The translations under genes and the position numbers were made by a program. A stretch of 33,125 nt of DNA, from the IMG/VR virus record IMGVR_UViG_2718218402_000003; one strand, 5' to 3'. The DNA is from a virus (lineage: Duplodnaviria > Heunggongvirae > Uroviricota > Caudoviricetes). Positions 29,906 to 33,125 of this stretch are shown here, piece by piece. The notes beneath the pieces were generated by a model. It saw only the letters and a program-made list of their open reading frames with translations, made no database searches and had not been told where the DNA came from. Within the stretch, counting starts at the first letter, position 1. Every line of letters begins with the position of its first letter.

Positions 29906-30582
29906 TGTCCATCATTTTTAATGGACACTATCGTATGAAACACCGGACCTGGATCACTGAAGCTTTACGTCTTCACTTTGAAGAACATTTACCCCGGGTT
30001 GTGGCCGGGCGTCGCCTGGGTGTACCAAAATCAACAGTTTGTAGTATGTTCGTGCGCTTTCGGAGAGCTGGCCTTTCGTGGCCTTTGCCCGCAGGCATGT
30101 CGGAGCAGGAACTTGATGCCTGCCTTTACGGACAATTTTCCACGGTACCAGTCGTACGTCCTGAAAGCACCGTTATATCCGAAGCCCCCGTGGTAAAAAA
30201 ACGTCCCCGGCGGCCCAACTTCCCTTATGAGTTTAAAATCGCCTTAGTGGAGCAGTCACTGCAGCCCGGAGCCTGTGTGGCGCAGATCGCCCGGGAAAAC
30301 GGAATCAACGATAACCTGCTCTTCAACTGGCGCCATCAATACCGGAAAGGTGGCCTGCTGCCTTCCGGAAAAAATATGCCGGCACTGCTTCCCGTGACGT
30401 TAACGCCGGAGCCGGATAATAAAATCCCGGCCCCCGCACAGGAACCAGAGCAGATAAATACACCGTCCGACAGTCTGTGTTGTGAGCTGATTCTGCCGGC
30501 CGGAACTCTCAGGCTTAAAGGTAAACTGACGCCGGCGTTATTACAGACACTTATCCGCGAAATGAAAGGGAGCAGCCACTGA
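29905..30582 (+). CDS. Chimeric ORF: unidentified HTH-like N-terminus fused to an IS66-family TnpA homologue
   Basis: C-terminal part (from about aa 95: [20 protein letters not shown]...[16 protein letters not shown]...) parallels TnpA at 14907-15287; N-terminal part ([11 protein letters not shown]...) does not. Confidence 0.45.
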   Translation: MSIIFNGHYRMKHRTWITEALRLHFEEHLPRVVAGRRLGVPKSTVCSMFVRFRRAGLSWPLPAGMSEQELDACLYGQFSTVPVVRPESTVISEAPVVKKRPRRPNFPYEFKIALVEQSLQPGACVAQIARENGINDNLLFNWRHQYRKGGLLPSGKNMPALLPVTLTPEPDNKIPAPAQEPEQINTPSDSLCCELILPAGTLRLKGKLTPALLQTLIREMKGSSH

Positions 30583-31787
30583 TGATATCTCTCCCTGCCG
30601 GTTCTCTGGGATGTGATGTGTCAGAGCAACTGGAGCTTATCAGCAGCGCCTTTAAGGTTATCGAAACACAACGTCCGAAACTGGCCTGTTGCCGGTGCGA
30701 CCATATCGTGCAGGCACCGGTGCCTTCAAAACCCATTGCACGCAGTTATGCCGGAGCGGGGCTCCTGGCCCATGTCGTCACCGGAAAATATGCAGACCAT
30801 CTGCCGTTATACCGCCAGTCAGAGATATACCGCCGTCAGGGTGTGGAGCTGAGCCGTGCCACACTGGGGCGCTGGACTGGTGCCGTTGCTGAACTACTGG
30901 AGCCGCTGTATGACGTCCTGCGCCAGTATGTGCTGATGCCCGGTAAAGTCCATGCTGATGATATCCCCGTCCCGGTCCAGGAGCCGGGCAGCGGTAAAAC
31001 CCGGACAGCCCGGCTGTGGGTCTACGTCCGTGATGACCGTAACGCCGGTTCACAGATGCCCCCGGCGGTCTGGTTCGCGTACAGTCCGGACCGGAAAGGT
31101 ATCCATCCACAAAATCACCTGGCCGGTTACAGCGGTGTGCTTCAGGCCGATGCTTACGGTGGTTACCGGGCGTTATACGAATCCGGCAGAATAACGGAAG
31201 CCGCGTGTATGGCTCATGCCCGGAGAAAAATCCACGATGTGCATGCAAGAGCGCCCACCGACATCACCACGGAAGCCCTGCAGCGTATCGGTGAACTGTA
31301 TGCCATCGAGGCAGAGGTCCGGGGCTGTTCAGCAGAACAGCGTCTGGCGGCAAGAAAAACCAGAGCCGCGCCACTGATGCAGTCACTGTATGACTGGATA
31401 CAGCAACAGATGAAAACACTGTCGCGTCACTCAGATACGGCAAAAGCGTTCGCATACCTGCTGAAACAGTGGGATGCACTGAACGTGTACTGCAGTAATG
31501 GCTGGGTGGAAATCGACAACAACATCGCAGAGAACGCCTTACGGGGAGTGGCCGTAGGCCGGAAAAACTGGATGTTCGCGGGTTCCGACAGCGGTGGTGA
31601 ACATGCGGCGGTGTTGTACTCGCTGATCGGCACATGCCGTCTGAACAATGTGGAGCCAGAAAAGTGGCTGCGCTACGTCATTGAACATATCCAGGACTGG
31701 CCGGCAAACCGGGTACGCGATCTGTTGCCCTGGAAAGTTGATCTGAGCTCTCAGTAAATATCAATACGGTTCTGACGAGCCGCTTAC
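30140..31787 (+). mobile_element. Defective IS66-family element (internal deletion; left end degenerate)
   Basis: Right IR ...CAATACGGTTCTGACGAGCCGCTTAC ending 31787; left-IR-like sequence only partially recognisable around 30136-30170; tnpB and the 5' third of tnpC are absent. Left boundary is approximate. Confidence 0.55.
30582..31757 (+). CDS. N-terminally truncated IS66-family transposase (tnpB-start/tnpC fusion)
   Basis: 391 aa; MISLPAGS resembles the TnpB start MIPLPSGT; from [16 protein letters not shown] it aligns to TnpC residues about 128-512 of the intact copy. Confidence 0.8.
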   Translation: MISLPAGSLGCDVSEQLELISSAFKVIETQRPKLACCRCDHIVQAPVPSKPIARSYAGAGLLAHVVTGKYADHLPLYRQSEIYRRQGVELSRATLGRWTGAVAELLEPLYDVLRQYVLMPGKVHADDIPVPVQEPGSGKTRTARLWVYVRDDRNAGSQMPPAVWFAYSPDRKGIHPQNHLAGYSGVLQADAYGGYRALYESGRITEAACMAHARRKIHDVHARAPTDITTEALQRIGELYAIEAEVRGCSAEQRLAARKTRAAPLMQSLYDWIQQQMKTLSRHSDTAKAFAYLLKQWDALNVYCSNGWVEIDNNIAENALRGVAVGRKNWMFAGSDSGGEHAAVLYSLIGTCRLNNVEPEKWLRYVIEHIQDWPANRVRDLLPWKVDLSSQ

Positions 31788-31844
31788 GACCAAGACGTCA
31801 TCTTACTTGACTAAAAGCCACACTAACTAATGAGAGAAGTTGAA

Positions 31845-33125
31845 ATGAAATATCCGACAGGCGTGGAAAACCATGGAGGGAAATTACGTATCTGGTTTGT
31901 TTATAAAGGCGTAAGAGTCAGGGAAAATCTGGGGGTTCCTGACACAGCAAAAAACAGGCGCGTTGCAGGTGAACTACGCTCCTCTGTTTGTTACGCAATA
32001 AAAACTGGTGTTTTCGACTATGCAAAACAGTTTCCCTCCTCACGCAATCTGGAAAAATTTGGTGAGGCCCGACAAGATTTAACCATAAAAGAACTGGCTG
32101 AAAAATTTCTGGCACTGAAAGAAACTGAAGTCGCCAAAACATCACTCAACACATACCGTGCCGTCATCAAAAATATCCTGAGCATAATCGGTGAAAAAAA
32201 TCTTGCCTCATCGATTAATAAAGAAAAATTACTGGAGGTTCGTAAAGAGCTACTGACTGGATACCAGATCCCCAAAAGTAACTATATTGTTACACAATCA
32301 GGGAGATCGGCTGTAACTGTAAATAATTACATGACAAATCTTAACGCCGTGTTCCAGTTTGGTGTTGATAACGGTTACCTGGCAGATAATCCGTTTAAGG
32401 GGATCTCGCCATTAAAGGAATCAAGAACCATTCCGGATCCTCTTTCGCGGGAGGAATTTATCCGTCTTATCGATGCGTGCAGAAATCAGCAAGCAAAAAA
32501 TTTATGGTGTGTTTCTGTTTATACTGGCGTTCGCCCTGGTGAGCTGTGTGCACTTGGATGGGAGGACATAGATCTGAAAAATGGAACAATGATGATCAGG
32601 AGAAATTTAGCAAAAGACCGTTTCACGGTACCAAAAACACAGGCGGGAACCAATCGGGTCATTCATCTTATTAAGCCAGCAATCGACGCTCTCCGGAGTC
32701 AGATGACATTAACGAGACTGAGCAAAGAGCATATCATTGATGTTCACCTCAGAGAGTATGGCAGAACAGAAAAACAAAAATGCACCTTTGTTTTTCAACC
32801 TGAAGTGTCAGCGAGAGTAAAAAATTATGGTGACCATTTTACCGTTGACTCAATAAGGCAGATGTGGGACGCAGCGATAAAACGTGCCGGACTCCGCCAT
32901 CGAAAATCATATCAGTCGAGACATACTTATGCCTGCTGGTCGCTGACAGCTGGTGCTAACCCGGCATTTATAGCAAACCAGATGGGCCATGCAGATGCGC
33001 AAATGGTATTTCAGGTATACGGAAAATGGATGTCTGAAAACAATAATGCACAGGTAGCTTTGTTAAATACACAGTTAAGCGAGTTTGCCCCAACCATGCC
33101 CCATAACGAATCAATGAAAAATTAA
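31845..33125 (+). CDS. intQ: Tyrosine-type phage integrase (IntQ-like, apparently intact)
   Basis: 426 aa from MKYPTGVENHGGKLRIWF...; C-terminal catalytic region with SRHTY...GHADAQMVFQVYGKW; stop codon is the last 3 nt of the window. Confidence 0.85.
   Translation: MKYPTGVENHGGKLRIWFVYKGVRVRENLGVPDTAKNRRVAGELRSSVCYAIKTGVFDYAKQFPSSRNLEKFGEARQDLTIKELAEKFLALKETEVAKTSLNTYRAVIKNILSIIGEKNLASSINKEKLLEVRKELLTGYQIPKSNYIVTQSGRSAVTVNNYMTNLNAVFQFGVDNGYLADNPFKGISPLKESRTIPDPLSREEFIRLIDACRNQQAKNLWCVSVYTGVRPGELCALGWEDIDLKNGTMMIRRNLAKDRFTVPKTQAGTNRVIHLIKPAIDALRSQMTLTRLSKEHIIDVHLREYGRTEKQKCTFVFQPEVSARVKNYGDHFTVDSIRQMWDAAIKRAGLRHRKSYQSRHTYACWSLTAGANPAFIANQMGHADAQMVFQVYGKWMSENNNAQVALLNTQLSEFAPTMPHNESMKN

Noticed and set aside
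30778-31635. Minus-strand ORFs of 156 and 123 aa
   Set aside because: Antisense to the IS66-family transposase frame.

Overview
Mosaic accessory region of an Enterobacteriaceae (E. coli-like) chromosome, annotated by eye from the six-frame track and my recollection of protein families; no searches were run. (i) Positions 1-4.8 kb are the distal arm of a CP4-44/CP4-57-type genomic island: DUF932, KlcA/ArdB-like antirestriction, RadC-like JAB, DUF987, CbeA/CbtA type IV toxin-antitoxin, YeeW-like. (ii) Positions 5.3-33.1 kb are a Qin-like lambdoid prophage: cspI, Rz/Rz1, SAR-lysozyme, ydfR, holin | cargo (AraC-family regulator, DUF523/DUF1722 protein, lipocalin blc split by IS3) | Q antiterminator, ydfU | hokD | IS66-family element | a 1210-aa AT-rich membrane-inserted P-loop NTPase | replication module with intragenic iterons | dicC/dicA immunity switch | ydfA-ydfB-ydfC-dicF-dicB-ydfD | exonuclease gene split by an IS629-like element | excisionase-like | internally deleted IS66-family element | tyrosine integrase ending at the window edge. 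Three IS insertions are confirmed by intact target-site duplications read directly from the sequence. The best candidate for an undescribed system is the single-gene KAP/YobI-like NTPase at 17330-20962, sitting at a prophage cargo position; this is a structural inference, not a database hit. No CRISPR array, rRNA or tRNA was recognised.
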